IMG/VR virus record: IMGVR_UViG_3300043436_004480
Span: 29,745-93,744 of that record
Reading direction: 5' to 3' (one strand)
Source of the DNA: a virus
Length of the DNA: 64,000 nt
The position numbers were made by a program, and so were the translations under genes. Below are positions 35,301 through 46,800 of the stretch, in pieces. Below the pieces are notes generated by a model. That model was not told the DNA's origin. It did no database searches and saw only the letters and a program-made list of their open reading frames with translations. The first letter of the stretch is position 1, and each line of letters begins with the position of its first letter.

Positions 35301-36039
35301 AAAACCTCCTTTAGAATTAAAAGGACAAGGAATAGGAAAAACAGATTGGAAAGTTCCAAATACAAATTTTTCTCGTGTTCCGGATGCGGTGACTAGCCCA
35401 GAAAAAGCAAAAGATGTGGCATCTAAGAAAGGTCGCTCTGATTTTCCTGTATATGTAAACGAAATAAATAACTTTGCTCGTGCAAATCAAAGATTGCCAA
35501 AGAGACAAGAAAGATATTTATCTCCTGAACTTATGCAGTATTCAGATATGTCAGAAAATCTTCGTAATGATGTAAGAAACATTTCTGCTGCTGATAAAGA
35601 TAATTCTCGTAACTTGTCCGGTGGTTCTGCTGCTAATGCAAGGTCTAACTTTTCAAGAGCAGGTGCAGAAAGAAGTCAAAGGATGGCTGCAATTCAAGAA
35701 GCAGAAACTCAGAGAGCAATGAATATCCAAAATGCAAATGTTGGTATTAAAAATCAAACTCAGCAATTGAATTTGGGAAGATTTGATGCATATCAACAAG
35801 CAAGAGAACAAGACCAAGCTGTCAGAACTGCATACGCAGACACCGCAGTTAAAGGTATGGATGATAAATTGCAGGTAGAAAGAAAAGATAGAAACCAAGC
35901 AATAAGAGATAAAGAAATTCTTAAACACTTGCGTACAGAGAATTATAGATATGACGAAGAAGGAAATCTTATTCCTATGAAGAAAAAAGGTTCTCGTTGT
36001 ATAACTTCAAACAAACCAAAATACAAATATGGCAAATAG
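32302..36039 (+). CDS. internal virion (cargo) protein, modular
   Basis: IEIEG...GTVPHSKGG module, repeated [YF]xxG[GT] motifs, embedded DUF6321-like module, C-terminal N/Q/A-rich helices. Confidence 0.72.
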   Translation: MKHKSCRCKNKKGVKKYQMGTQNISAGSNTFLDSPDYRELDEKLDRKANRDAAVRSAAVMAGDAALPGLGTAIGIVDSFTDRTKDEHGIYKSKGAEVLDRISPIHKTKALFSGDRDEILDAATFGIAGKSSSDKAKELKKKAEVELNQRVQNRKYAGTDSTSFQSSKQFRRGTSGVSKYTNGLKKAKSIVSENDKTYDETKAPKDGDLLLPDVNRPSYKNKEGQIVSENKITVGFDDGEYVIPTVVNGKQLSEEEAVAEFKRTGLHMGKFNSSKDADISAQKRTMKYNVLADPVRNQSEQIYKKGTSGLNKNGVKNTLWNNIRANRGSGRKPTAQMLEQEKKIKASDKYEKGGEVWTRKEGQDPDGGLNAKGRAAYNKKHNANLKPPQPEGGSRRDSFCARMKGMKRKLTSAKTANDPNSRINKSLRAWKCKTGCVVTNSENMKTKKYPGGVAGLTGLKGMDLSFMKDMNVPNSTTTNSASAQSMGSGFGSAFQSGMQSPYGQAALGLVNTFLDNQEEKRKKRRDQGKINNFPTTFEKGGQVRSGYKRQGKFKNRITGGEGFNVDNTGKAVTIGKKLYNNRRSDEEFAKLRVGYSLDGIRELGADELAAITDKSKLIRVRVGDGKYGDNNSLYRDNVPQPVSPPNRTPFTPPALEAYPDVNDYNGDTEAWQRDYANIEKRNRELRSKYKQLADQKAENQRDDVRPEDIDNNRYTGVGVSFEESKARRDAYKKRKLGEQSQLENTTVAEPTSSIPKQNLEEEVPVFSKGGRFKYKQKQVIEIEGKKTPEIHTSEDFELKNLGTVPHSKGGNKVVAEEGDIVFPTQNNPEKFKHIAELMKMKASGTEEQKAYAVSQLEKERRKLPADKGSKYPDGTKKVKKGRYKTTSIQTPDKLPTGTNADYITRNQNRKDRRSIYNKLGTFKNRATGRTGIQTGNPAFNNQLSDAEFNSDKYQQTAQFVVYDKTTNKPIPYDSAVHKREDAVRVIKGAKGELLVDHDANQKPPLELKGQGIGKTDWKVPNTNFSRVPDAVTSPEKAKDVASKKGRSDFPVYVNEINNFARANQRLPKRQERYLSPELMQYSDMSENLRNDVRNISAADKDNSRNLSGGSAANARSNFSRAGAERSQRMAAIQEAETQRAMNIQNANVGIKNQTQQLNLGRFDAYQQAREQDQAVRTAYADTAVKGMDDKLQVERKDRNQAIRDKEILKHLRTENYRYDEEGNLIPMKKKGSRCITSNKPKYKYGK

Positions 36040-37753
36040 ATTTAACACTCCTATTGCCTCACAAGCAATTTCTGCATACGCACCTGTTGATATGAAGGTA
36101 CTATTGAATGAACTTCAAATGGTGCAGAAAAGATGGGATGAAAACGAAGCTTTTAGTGACGAAGTTAAAAAAACTATAAAAGCTATTCCGGCAATGCCGG
36201 GAGATGTTCCATTTAGAGATCAATTAGTTTCTTCATTAACAAATGAATTAAACAAAGCTGTTTCACAATCTACTGATTTAGGTTCTTCTTCATTTAGAAG
36301 AACTATTGAAGGAATTTATGACAAATTTGGTGCAAATGCAGATGTAAAAACTCTTATATCTAACAATGCGTTATATACAGAGAAAGAAAAGAAAAAAGCA
36401 GATTTAGAAAAAGATGGAAGATATACACAAGATTTATTTGCTGATAATGAATCTACTCGTGTTGACAAAGATGGAAAAATTATTCCTTATAAATATGAAC
36501 TAGAACGTGCTTTTTCTGACGAAGAATATCTAAATCCTATATCTAAATTTGCAAATCAACTTAAAGCAAATGCACAAGCAGGAAAAGGATTTACATTTGA
36601 CGAGTTTGGAAATAAATACACATTCGATGTTTCATCAGAAGGAATAAGTGATGCTCAGATTATGAATTTGGGTGGTACTTGGGCAAAATCTTTTTTGAAT
36701 ACTGATGTCGGAAGACAACGTACTAAAAGATATATGCGAAGTAAAGGTGTTGATTACGAAACTGCAAAAAAACTTATTGAATATGATGTACTTTCTTACA
36801 TGAGAGGAAATGTATTTTCTAAAACTTCCCAAGGAAAAGATTTTCAGTACGCTCCCGAAGGAATAAGAAAAGAAATGCAAGAGAAACAAAAATCTTTAAT
36901 GGCTCCCGATGGAACTTTTATAAGAACAGGAGATTACGAAGTTGATAATGGTGAGTTAGCAATAGATAGTCCAGAATTTAATGCTGCATTACTTAATTAT
37001 GCACAAAGTAGAGGAATACCTCCAGAAAAAGTAAACAAGAAGGAACTTCATGCTGCACTTAATAATATGAGAAGTGGGGCGCAACAAACAGGTGTGATAA
37101 TTCCTGATAAAAAACAAAGAAGTGAAATAAACACAGCTCTTTTTGGAGAAAAAACTAGAGCATTGACATTTTTTACCAATGGAACAATGGTAAAAGAAGG
37201 AACCAAATTAGTTCAAGCAGATGATGATACTCTAAGTGAACTGGAAAAAAATCAATATGAATTTGATTTTATGGGAGTTGATGTAACTAATGGAAAACTT
37301 CCCGGAGCAATTGTTGTTCAAGCTATTCCAAAAGAAGGAAGTTCTGGAAAACAAAGAACTTTTTATCTTCCTAATACTTCTGGAAACCGACAAATTGCAG
37401 AGTCAACAAGAATGATTGGTGCAATAAATATGGCAAAAACAAAAGCACAAGGAGATGATATTCCTATTGGAGGAACTATGCTTCCTATATTAGATGAAAA
37501 CGGAAGAGTAGTATCTCAACAAATTGCTCCAGAAGGAACAATTCTAAGAATAAGAACTACAATTAGCAGAGGAACTGCAAATAGTCCTTCTAGAGCAAGT
37601 CAAATTGGAGAAGTTGTAATAAGCAGCAGAAACGAAAAAGGACAGATAATAACTAAAAAAATAGATACAGATCTAGACAAACTTCGTTCTTATCATGGAT
37701 CACGAATTGTAAAAGGTATGTCACAAGAAACACCTGACTACTCCGAAGAATAA
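36029..37753 (+). CDS. internal virion (cargo) protein 2
   Basis: MANRF...YAPVD N-terminus; lies between cargo 1 and the RNA polymerase. Confidence 0.65.
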   Translation: MANRFNTPIASQAISAYAPVDMKVLLNELQMVQKRWDENEAFSDEVKKTIKAIPAMPGDVPFRDQLVSSLTNELNKAVSQSTDLGSSSFRRTIEGIYDKFGANADVKTLISNNALYTEKEKKKADLEKDGRYTQDLFADNESTRVDKDGKIIPYKYELERAFSDEEYLNPISKFANQLKANAQAGKGFTFDEFGNKYTFDVSSEGISDAQIMNLGGTWAKSFLNTDVGRQRTKRYMRSKGVDYETAKKLIEYDVLSYMRGNVFSKTSQGKDFQYAPEGIRKEMQEKQKSLMAPDGTFIRTGDYEVDNGELAIDSPEFNAALLNYAQSRGIPPEKVNKKELHAALNNMRSGAQQTGVIIPDKKQRSEINTALFGEKTRALTFFTNGTMVKEGTKLVQADDDTLSELEKNQYEFDFMGVDVTNGKLPGAIVVQAIPKEGSSGKQRTFYLPNTSGNRQIAESTRMIGAINMAKTKAQGDDIPIGGTMLPILDENGRVVSQQIAPEGTILRIRTTISRGTANSPSRASQIGEVVISSRNEKGQIITKKIDTDLDKLRSYHGSRIVKGMSQETPDYSEE

Positions 37754-37773
37754 TTACAACTTCTGTAATTTCT

Positions 37774-37798
37774 AGTCCGCCAAGTGCGGACTTTTTTT
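37774..37798 (+). terminator. intrinsic terminator
   Basis: AGTCCGC-CAAGT-GCGGACT followed by a T-run. Confidence 0.8.
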
Positions 37799-37811
37799 GT
37801 ACCTTGGCTTT

Positions 37812-40800
37812 ATGGCAAAGCAACAAAAACCTACTGTACCAGTTGTAAATCGTAGTACACAAGAAATTGATCAAATATCTAAGATGTTTGATAATGTAAA
37901 AGGTGGACTAGATAGTTATGGAAATACTGCAAGAACAAGTTTTATAGGAAAAGACGATTATACTACCAGTCAATATGATACTGAAAGAACTCAGTTCGAT
38001 GATATGGAAGCAGTATATAATGCAAGAAATGCAAATCAAAGTTACTTTGATATTGCAGGAAATATGCTGGGAAAAGTTGGAGTTCGTGCTTTGTCTGCAA
38101 CTATTGATTTAGGAGCAATGATTTCTGGTTCAGGAGTAAGCGGAGTTCCTTTATACTTATTTGATAAATACGTAAGAGATAAACATCAAAATGTAAATAG
38201 TTTTTGGGATGGTTACAAAGAATCCGTATTTGATAACTCAATAACAGATCTTGCAGATTTAGTTCAAGAATTTGGAGATGATAATTTTCAACAACAATAT
38301 AGTGCAGATCAAAGAAAATCAGATGGAGTTTCATTAAAAAGAATTGTTACAGAGGGAGTACCAGATGCAGCAGGATTTATTTTATCTGCATGGTTAACTG
38401 GAGGAACGTCTGGCGCAACAAGTTTAGTAGGAGGAGCAGCAAAAGCTGCAACTGGTATAGGATTAGCAGGAAAAGGATTAAATGCATTAAAAGCTTCTAA
38501 AAGTTTTGGAAAAATGATGACTGTTTTTCCACAAGAAACCAAAGCTATACTTTCTGCTGCTTCTAAAGGTGCAGATGTTACAGAAGATATAATTAAATTA
38601 AGTAATGCAGCTAGAAATGCAACACGTTGGAATTTAGCAAAGTCTGCATTTACAGGTTCTCTAGGAGAAGCTTCACAAGAAGGCAGAGCAACAAGAAAAG
38701 AAGTAGAAAAAGAACTTGTTGAAAATTACATGCGTGAAAATGGAATTGCAAACGAAGAAGATATAGATGTGTTTACAAGAGCGAGTCTGAGAAGTGCTGC
38801 AACAGATGCAGGTGTTGTAAATTTTGCTATAAATAGTGCAATCCTTACAGGTTCAAACTTATTATCTTTTCCTACTTATTTTAAAAGATTTCAACATGGA
38901 AAAAGAGAACTAGGAAAATTTGTAAATAAAGGAATAAACCCGGATGATGCATATGATTTAGTTAAAAAAACAACAAAACAAAGAGTAGGCGATGCAGCAA
39001 AAAGATACGGAGAAACTTTTATAAAACAAGGCACACCAGAATCCGTACAGGAACTTCTGCAGACAATGTCTTCTTCCGGAGTAACAAATTATTATTCTAA
39101 CAAATTTTCAGAAAAAGAAGCAGAAGAAGCTACAAGTGCAATTGGTGGATTTTTATCTTTGTTTGCAGATACAATCTCAAGTACAGAAGGACTTGAAGGA
39201 ATGATTGTTGGTGGTCTTATTGGAGGCGCACCGGCAATAGTTGCAAATGAAAAAGAAAGAGGTGCAAAAAGAAAAGAAGCAGCCGAATTAGTAACTGCGT
39301 TAAATAATAGCCAAGCAAAATCACAATATCCAAAGTTATTCAAAGGTATTGTAGATAATCTTAATTCTCAAAAAAAGAAAGATACTGCCCTTGTAGCAGA
39401 TGACATCTTTACTTTTAAGAATGAAGATCATAAGCAGATATTTGACTATATGAACTTGCGACTTGATCTAGATCGTGAGGAAGATATAAAAGCAGATATT
39501 GAAAATCTAAAAGTTGCAGATCCAGATATATTAGATGAATTATTTGGTGCAAAAAATAGTGAAGTAGAAGGTTTTTCTTATGCAGATTTAGCTACAAAAC
39601 TAGAAGAAAAGTTAGAGGCAGTAAAGAAAACTCGTGACAAAATAAATCTTAATTATACAACTCTTGATCAAGAAACAAAAAATCAGCTGATGTATTTTGC
39701 ATCAGCAGTTGACAACTTTGACAAGAGAGAAAACCAGATTGTTGAAGAATTGGCTGCACAAACTGGAGTAAGCGTAGATACTATTAGAGAAACTTATAAA
39801 AGTTACAAAGATACAGATGCAGTAGATTACAAAGATGTAATTCTTAGAGAATCTAAAAAGAAGTTCAATGTTAATCCTATATTAGATAGTTTAGATACAC
39901 TTGCAGATTCACTAGGATTGTCAAGTGCAACTAAGAAATCATTTTTAGATTTTGAAACTGAGAAAAAGAAAACGGAGCCTGATTTTAAAACAGATTTGGA
40001 TTCTCTGTTTAAGATTATTACAGGAGAAGCCGGTACAACATCTTCTTTGTTTTCTGGGGATAATACTAAACCTGCAAACTCTGAACTTTCATCAGTAATA
40101 GATGAAAATGCATTTTCAGATGAGTATAAATCACTAATAAGTTCTGCAAAAACAGATTATGCAGCTAAAAAACTTAAAGGCAACCAAACAAGAAACGAAA
40201 AAGGACAATTTGGAGAGAACGAAGATTTTTCTCCTCAGTCTGAACAAATAAACAAAACTTTTTCTGACTTAAAAAAAGTTGCAGACACAAGAGAAACTTA
40301 CTACAAGTATTATACTGAACTTAGCAGAAATCCATTTGCACAAGCAAGATTCAGAAACGAAGTTGAGCAAGACAAGAAGAGATATGCAGAATACATATCT
40401 AAAATATTAGCACAGCCTGTAACTACTCCTGCGGAATTAGCATCAGCAGAAACTAATACTTCTGCTTCTAATTCTATTGCAGAAGCAGGTAAAAAAGCTA
40501 CTCCTACTTCTGGTTCAATTCCATTTTCAGAAATGCCAAGTGGTTATGAAACAGGTACCGGAGATAACTCAGGTTTGCCAACTCCATCTGGAAATCAGAT
40601 TATTCAACAACCTCCTGCAAAACCAACAGAAGAAAAAAAACCGAACCAGAAAAAAGAAGAACCTTCTAAAGGAACTGGTACAAACACAAGTACACAAACC
40701 TTAAAAGAAGCACTTGCAAAGGTAGTTCAAAAAAGTAATACAATTTCTCTTAATGAAAAAGGAGATGGATATGTAGTAAAAGGTTTAGGAAAATTTTTCA

Positions 40801-43800
40801 GAAGAGCAACGTCTGTTGTAGGAAGAGAATTTACTGGCGGGAAGTCAAAGCAGACAAATCAGATTGCATTAGGTAATGCATTCGATGTATTAGGAAAATT
40901 GACTTTTGGAAAAGAAGGTGCAGAAGCTAGTGAAGAAGATAAAGCAAAATTGTTACCTATTTTTCCTTCGATTTCTCAAGAACTTGCTGATATAACTGAT
41001 GGTCTTGCAGGAATAAGAAAATCTTTAGAAACGGGATCAAAAACAAGACCAAAAGCAATAAATTTTTATACAGGTTTAAAACTTGCAAATACAACAGGAT
41101 TAAACATAGCAGGCGAAATAGATTTGCTTGTTGAGTACGAAGACGGAAGTTTACAAATTGTTGATTTTAAGTCGACTTCTTCAACTGACTATATATTAGA
41201 CAATTATCTTCCTCAACTTTCTTTATATCAGTCTTTATTACAAAGAGAACTCAATTTACCAGATGTAAATTTTAGAGAACCTGCAATAATAAATATTGCT
41301 ACTAAAGTAGATCCTAATAATTCAACATTAAGAATATTTGACGAAAAGTCTGTAAAAGCAATATCTCTTACAGATACAGAAGATAAAAAGAATCTTGGAA
41401 TAAAAACAAGAAGTTTCTTATCAATGTTATTAGAGTATGAAGGATTTACAGATGAGTACTTCTCTTTACCAGAAAACAGAAATGATTTAGAAGCTGTTGC
41501 AAGATACAATCAGGAATTATTAAGAAATCCGAATATAAATCACGAAGTAGAACTTCTTGATAATGGATTAACGGCAATATATGCAGAATTATCAGATGGT
41601 TCAGGAGCAAAAGAAAGCAAACATGTTTCTTATATTCATACTGATTCAACTCTAAAAGCATACAACATAGAAAATGCAAAGATGCTTCTTTCTGAAATAG
41701 AAAAAGACACTTGGGCAAAAGACAATCTTCTGAAACCTGATATAAAAAGAGAAATACGTTCGACTTTCGATAAATTGAATAGAGTAAGAAACGTAAGAAA
41801 CTCTTTAACAAAAGGAAAAAGAAATAAACTTTCTGTAAAAATTTCATATTCTCCTGATTTTTTTGTTAGTGAAAAAGATTGGAAGCAACAGAGAACTTTG
41901 GCAGATATGATTGCAGCAGGAGATATTCCTATTGGATCTTATGTATATGAATCATTAAGAAAAAAAGACAATAATTCTTACTCGGTAAAACCACTAAAAG
42001 AAACAGGAACTCCAGCAGACCTGACTGCTACTGCTCAAGGACTAAATGCAAAATTTCCTACTGACAAATGGATTTTAGTATTACCAAAAGCAGATTCTAC
42101 TGTTGCTCCAAAAAGAGTAACGCTAAGACCATTGCCTATATTCAAAGAAGATGGAACTTCATTGACTAAAAGTTCAAGAGAAAAGTTAGACAGTCTTAGA
42201 AAGTTAGCAACTTCAAACTTCGAAGCTTCTAAGGCTACTGATATTCTGAACTCTCTAGTTTTTATTCCTACTCAAAAACAATATGAAGTAGAAATAGAAG
42301 GAGCAGATGGAAAAATCAAAAAAGAAAATACAAATTATGACTTTAGAGTTTCAGTAGCTGGAAAACTATCAGATACTGAACTTGCAGTTACTTATCAAGT
42401 AACAAGTTATAAATATGAGAATGATACATATACACCAGTAGATTTTACTTTTACTGGAAGTATGGAATTACTTTCTGAAGATGAATTTGAATTTCTTTTG
42501 GATATGCCTACTACCGTAAACAAAGGAAAAATGTTTGAAGGTAGTGAGTTTTTAGGAAAAACAAATAAGCAGATATTTAATGAACTTCTTGGAAAAGATG
42601 GAAAACCGGGAGTAACTGAAGCGAAAGGTAAGTTTGCAATTGACAAATCTTCTTTCTTGTTAGGAAGTCCTACATCTGCATCGGAATTAGTTCCTTTATT
42701 AAATCAAGATGTGCCTATAAAAGTTGTAAAAGAGTTTGCAGAACAGGCAGTAGGCGAGGAAGTACAAGATTTGAAGAAATCGGAAACAGTTGCTAATAAA
42801 GTAGTTGATAATCTAGTTACTCCAGTAACAATAAAACAAGAGGATGAAGATACTGGATATTCTTTGTTTTCTGGGAATAATTTAGTTTCTGCTGATTTAC
42901 AGGATATAAAAAATAGACTTTCTAAAATACTTCCTTCTTCTGTTGAAGTTAGTAGTATTATGTCTATGGTTCAAAAATTAAATCTTACTGGTGCAGAACT
43001 AGGAATGGTTTATAAAAACGCAATTTATCTTGCTAATAAAATTGAAAAAGGTACAGAGTATCACGAAGCATTTCACATTGTTTTTAGGTCGATTCTTTCC
43101 GAAAAACAAAGAGCAGAACTTCTCGAAGAAGAACTTAGAAATAATCCAGTATCGCAGGAAGAAGTTGATTCTTTCAAAAATCTTCACCCATCGTATAAAT
43201 TTTTAACAAATGAAGAAGCATTAGAAAAACTTCTTGAAGAAAGATTAGCAGATAGATTTCAGACTTATCAAGTTAAAAAAGATTCTACTTCCTTGGTAGG
43301 AAAATTCTTTAACTATCTAAAAGATCTAGTTTCTTCTCTTTTTAAAAACAGAAGCAAGATAGATTCAATCTTTGCAGAAATAAGTGCTGGAAAATTTAGA
43401 AATTCTGCATTGTCTTATAATGGAAAAGCTGTATTATTCAAAGCTTTGCCAGCAATGATGGTGAGTGAATCAGACTATTTAGTAAGATGGATTTCTTCCG
43501 AAATAGCTGCTGATTTTACTAACAGAGAACAAGGTGATAATTTAGAAGAAGCGAAAGAAAATGCTTATGAAGGTTTAACTGATTCATATCTTGATAATCT
43601 TACAGAAAGATATTATGCAGAATCAGGAATGCAGATGAGCAAGGAAGAGTATGATAATTTAGATATTGCTAGTAAACAATATTATGTTGCTACGAAATCT
43701 GGCGAATATTTACCTAAATCTGGATTTCTAGATCTTTCTGCAAGACCTGCATTTTTAGCAGAATTAAGAAATGAAATTCTTAATAAGTTTAATAATTATG

Positions 43801-46800
43801 CATATTTCGATTCAGATTTGGAAGATATTAGATCTGGAGCATCTGAAACAGCAAACCTGAAAGACTATGAAGCAGAAAACAATACTGTTGGTGGATTAGA
43901 TTCAATCAATAAGAAAGTTACAGGTTGGCTAGACTCAATTTTCTACATAAATGAAAAAGGAAGAAAAGTAATGATAAATGTACAACAAGTGCATGCAAAA
44001 CTCATTACTAATCTTGCAGATTCATTGTCTGGAGAAGAACTTATTTCCAAATTAGAAAAAATTGCAGGAACAAAAAGTAATCCACGAGATAGAGAATTGC
44101 TTGCTGTATTAGATGCTTATAATGGATCTAATATGAAAAAAGAAGTTCAACTTTTGTTTTTGAATTCATACAACAAAGTGTATATGGATTCAGTAACTAC
44201 CTTGCTTAATTCTTCAATGAAGAAGATTCAGCTAGACATGGTAGAAACAAATGGTATTGCAACAGATGGCTCAACAAAATTAGTAAACGAAAACAATCGT
44301 GCTGCATTAAGAGAATATTTAGGAAACTTTAGTGGTAATTTTAATATTATAACTAAGGATAAAAACAGAACTTTATTAAATTCCGAATTACAAGAAGAAT
44401 ACGAAGACATATCTAAAAGTATTCAAGAGTTGTCAGAAGATGAACAGCAACCTATATTAGAAAGAATGAAATTCATTCTTGAAGAACACTTAGGTATGGA
44501 CCTATCAGTAGAAACTCTTAGGGAAAACTATGTTCTTACTGATAATCTGGAAACCAAAGAAGTAAAAGAGTCTATTTCTGAGATTTTGAAGTTTGTTACC
44601 AAAAAAGGACAAAATCCTTTCTTGGATGATAGTAAAGGAACTAACAATCGTTCTCGTTTGCATAAGATTATTCTTTCGGAAATGAAGTATTCGTTAGAAC
44701 CTATTTCTGCATTGACTTACAAAGATGCAACAAATAAAAATCGTTATGCAATTACCGGAATGTTTGAAGAAAAAAAACGTCTTCTTAGATTTCAAAGAGA
44801 TGGTGCGTTTTTAAGAGAAATAGTTGAAAACGATTATTTTAAGTTTTCTTCGTTATTTTCATCTGGAACAGACGGAATAGGAAAGATTTCTAGTACTCTG
44901 AATTCAATAAAATTAACTTTTGTTAATGGGCTTTCTTACAAAAAGACAAAAAACAATGGAAAGAGAACTTTCAAAGATTTTAATTCTGCTGACCACATAC
45001 TTTCTAAATTAAGTCTTTACGAAAAAGGATATATTAGTCCGTTTGTTCACGAATCAGGTTCAACCCAAACTGCATATGATTTAGGCAAACTATTTGAAAA
45101 AAATGAATTGTTAGACAGAACAGTTGAGGCATTAGAAAAAGTAAAAGACTCAACCGGAAAAGTTAAACCTGTAAATCTAAACGAATCTTTTGCTGTTCAG
45201 TATGCAAACATTTTGAAACAAGATATTCATCTTGCAATCGAAAACGAAAAACTTTTAAGAACGGCAAAAAGAAAATTAGCTGAATTACAGAAATTAGCAA
45301 AAAGCAAAGATGAAAAAGTTGCTAAAGATGCAAAAGAAGAACTATTCAAAGAATCATATCTAAATGATTTAGTTTTAGGCCTTTCTTTTAAATATGAAAC
45401 TGACGGAGAATCTTTTGTATACGACGAAGAAGGAAACAGAAAAGTGATTTTTCTAAAAGATCCGAAGCATAGAACTTTCAACAGTATTGGAGGAGTTGAT
45501 TTATTTGCTGTAATAAAAACAGAGATAAATGGTTTAGGAGAAATAAGAAAAGAAGAGCAGTTAAACTCAGATTTAATATCGTATCTAACTGATTTAGTTG
45601 AAGCAGGAGCAGATCAAACTGCACAAATAAATAAAATTCTTTCTAATTCTAAAACTGGAAGTTATGCTTCTGTTTTTCAAAAAATAAGATCTGAAATACA
45701 CAAGATCACAACTGCTTCTGTTAAAAAAGAAATGAAATTTGCACGAGATCAGGGTGTAGATTATGCTTCTTTTTTCAAAGCTACTGCCGGAGTTTCTATT
45801 TATGAAAAAGCAGAACAGTATCTTTATGAGAAAGCAGTAAGATCTTTCTTAGGTTCAGTATATGTAAACCAGATGATTACTGGATATTCTGGAGCGCATA
45901 TAAATTTTAAGAATAACGTAGATATTGCCAAAAGAAGTAAAGATAAAACTTCTTCTGGAATGGACATGAGCAACTATGCTTTTGTTAATGATTCTGAAAC
46001 AACTGTAAACTTTGCAATTATTCCTGATGACATTTCACGATCTTCTAAAAAACAAAGTAAAAAAGCAGCAGAATACGATATTATAGCAACTGATGGTGCT
46101 GCATACGTAACTGCCAACTTTATGAAGATGTATCTAAAAAGTACAGTAGGTATATCACCAAAACAAGAAGAAATTTTAGACATTATTGCAAATCCTTATC
46201 GTTGGAACGAAATCGTAAACGTAGGCGGAATAAAAAATTATCTTAGAGAAATAAGACCAAATGATTCAGAATACATGAAAGCTCTGAATACTTTGGATTT
46301 AGCTCCTAAGAAAAGTTTTGTGGCTAATCCCGGAAGTTATGATAAACTAAATCAAGGAGGAGAAATGTTTAAAGACGCTTCTTTCTTTTTGAGTCCGGAA
46401 TTAATATTCACTCTAAAAAATGGTGAATTAGTACCAAGAAAAGGAATGGAAAGACAGGCACATTTATTAAAGCAAATGACATTGCAGAATATAGATAGTG
46501 CAGTTTATGTTTCTTCTTCTAAAGCTACAAAACGAAACTTATCTGTAATTCATCCAACAGATCCTTCAAAAATGTTCTTAAAGAGTACTCCTATTTCTAT
46601 GGAGCATATAAAAGAACAAGTTAGAATGGAAAGTGGAAAATTAAAAGTAGTTCATGGTACACAATTGATTGAGTTAGCAGATATAAGTTCGGTAAAACCA
46701 GAAGAAAGAGAAGAGTATCAAACTCTTCTTGCAAACACAAGAGAAAGTGCGCAGAACTTATATAGTTTAAGTCGTAAACTTATAACTAAGAATGGATTGA

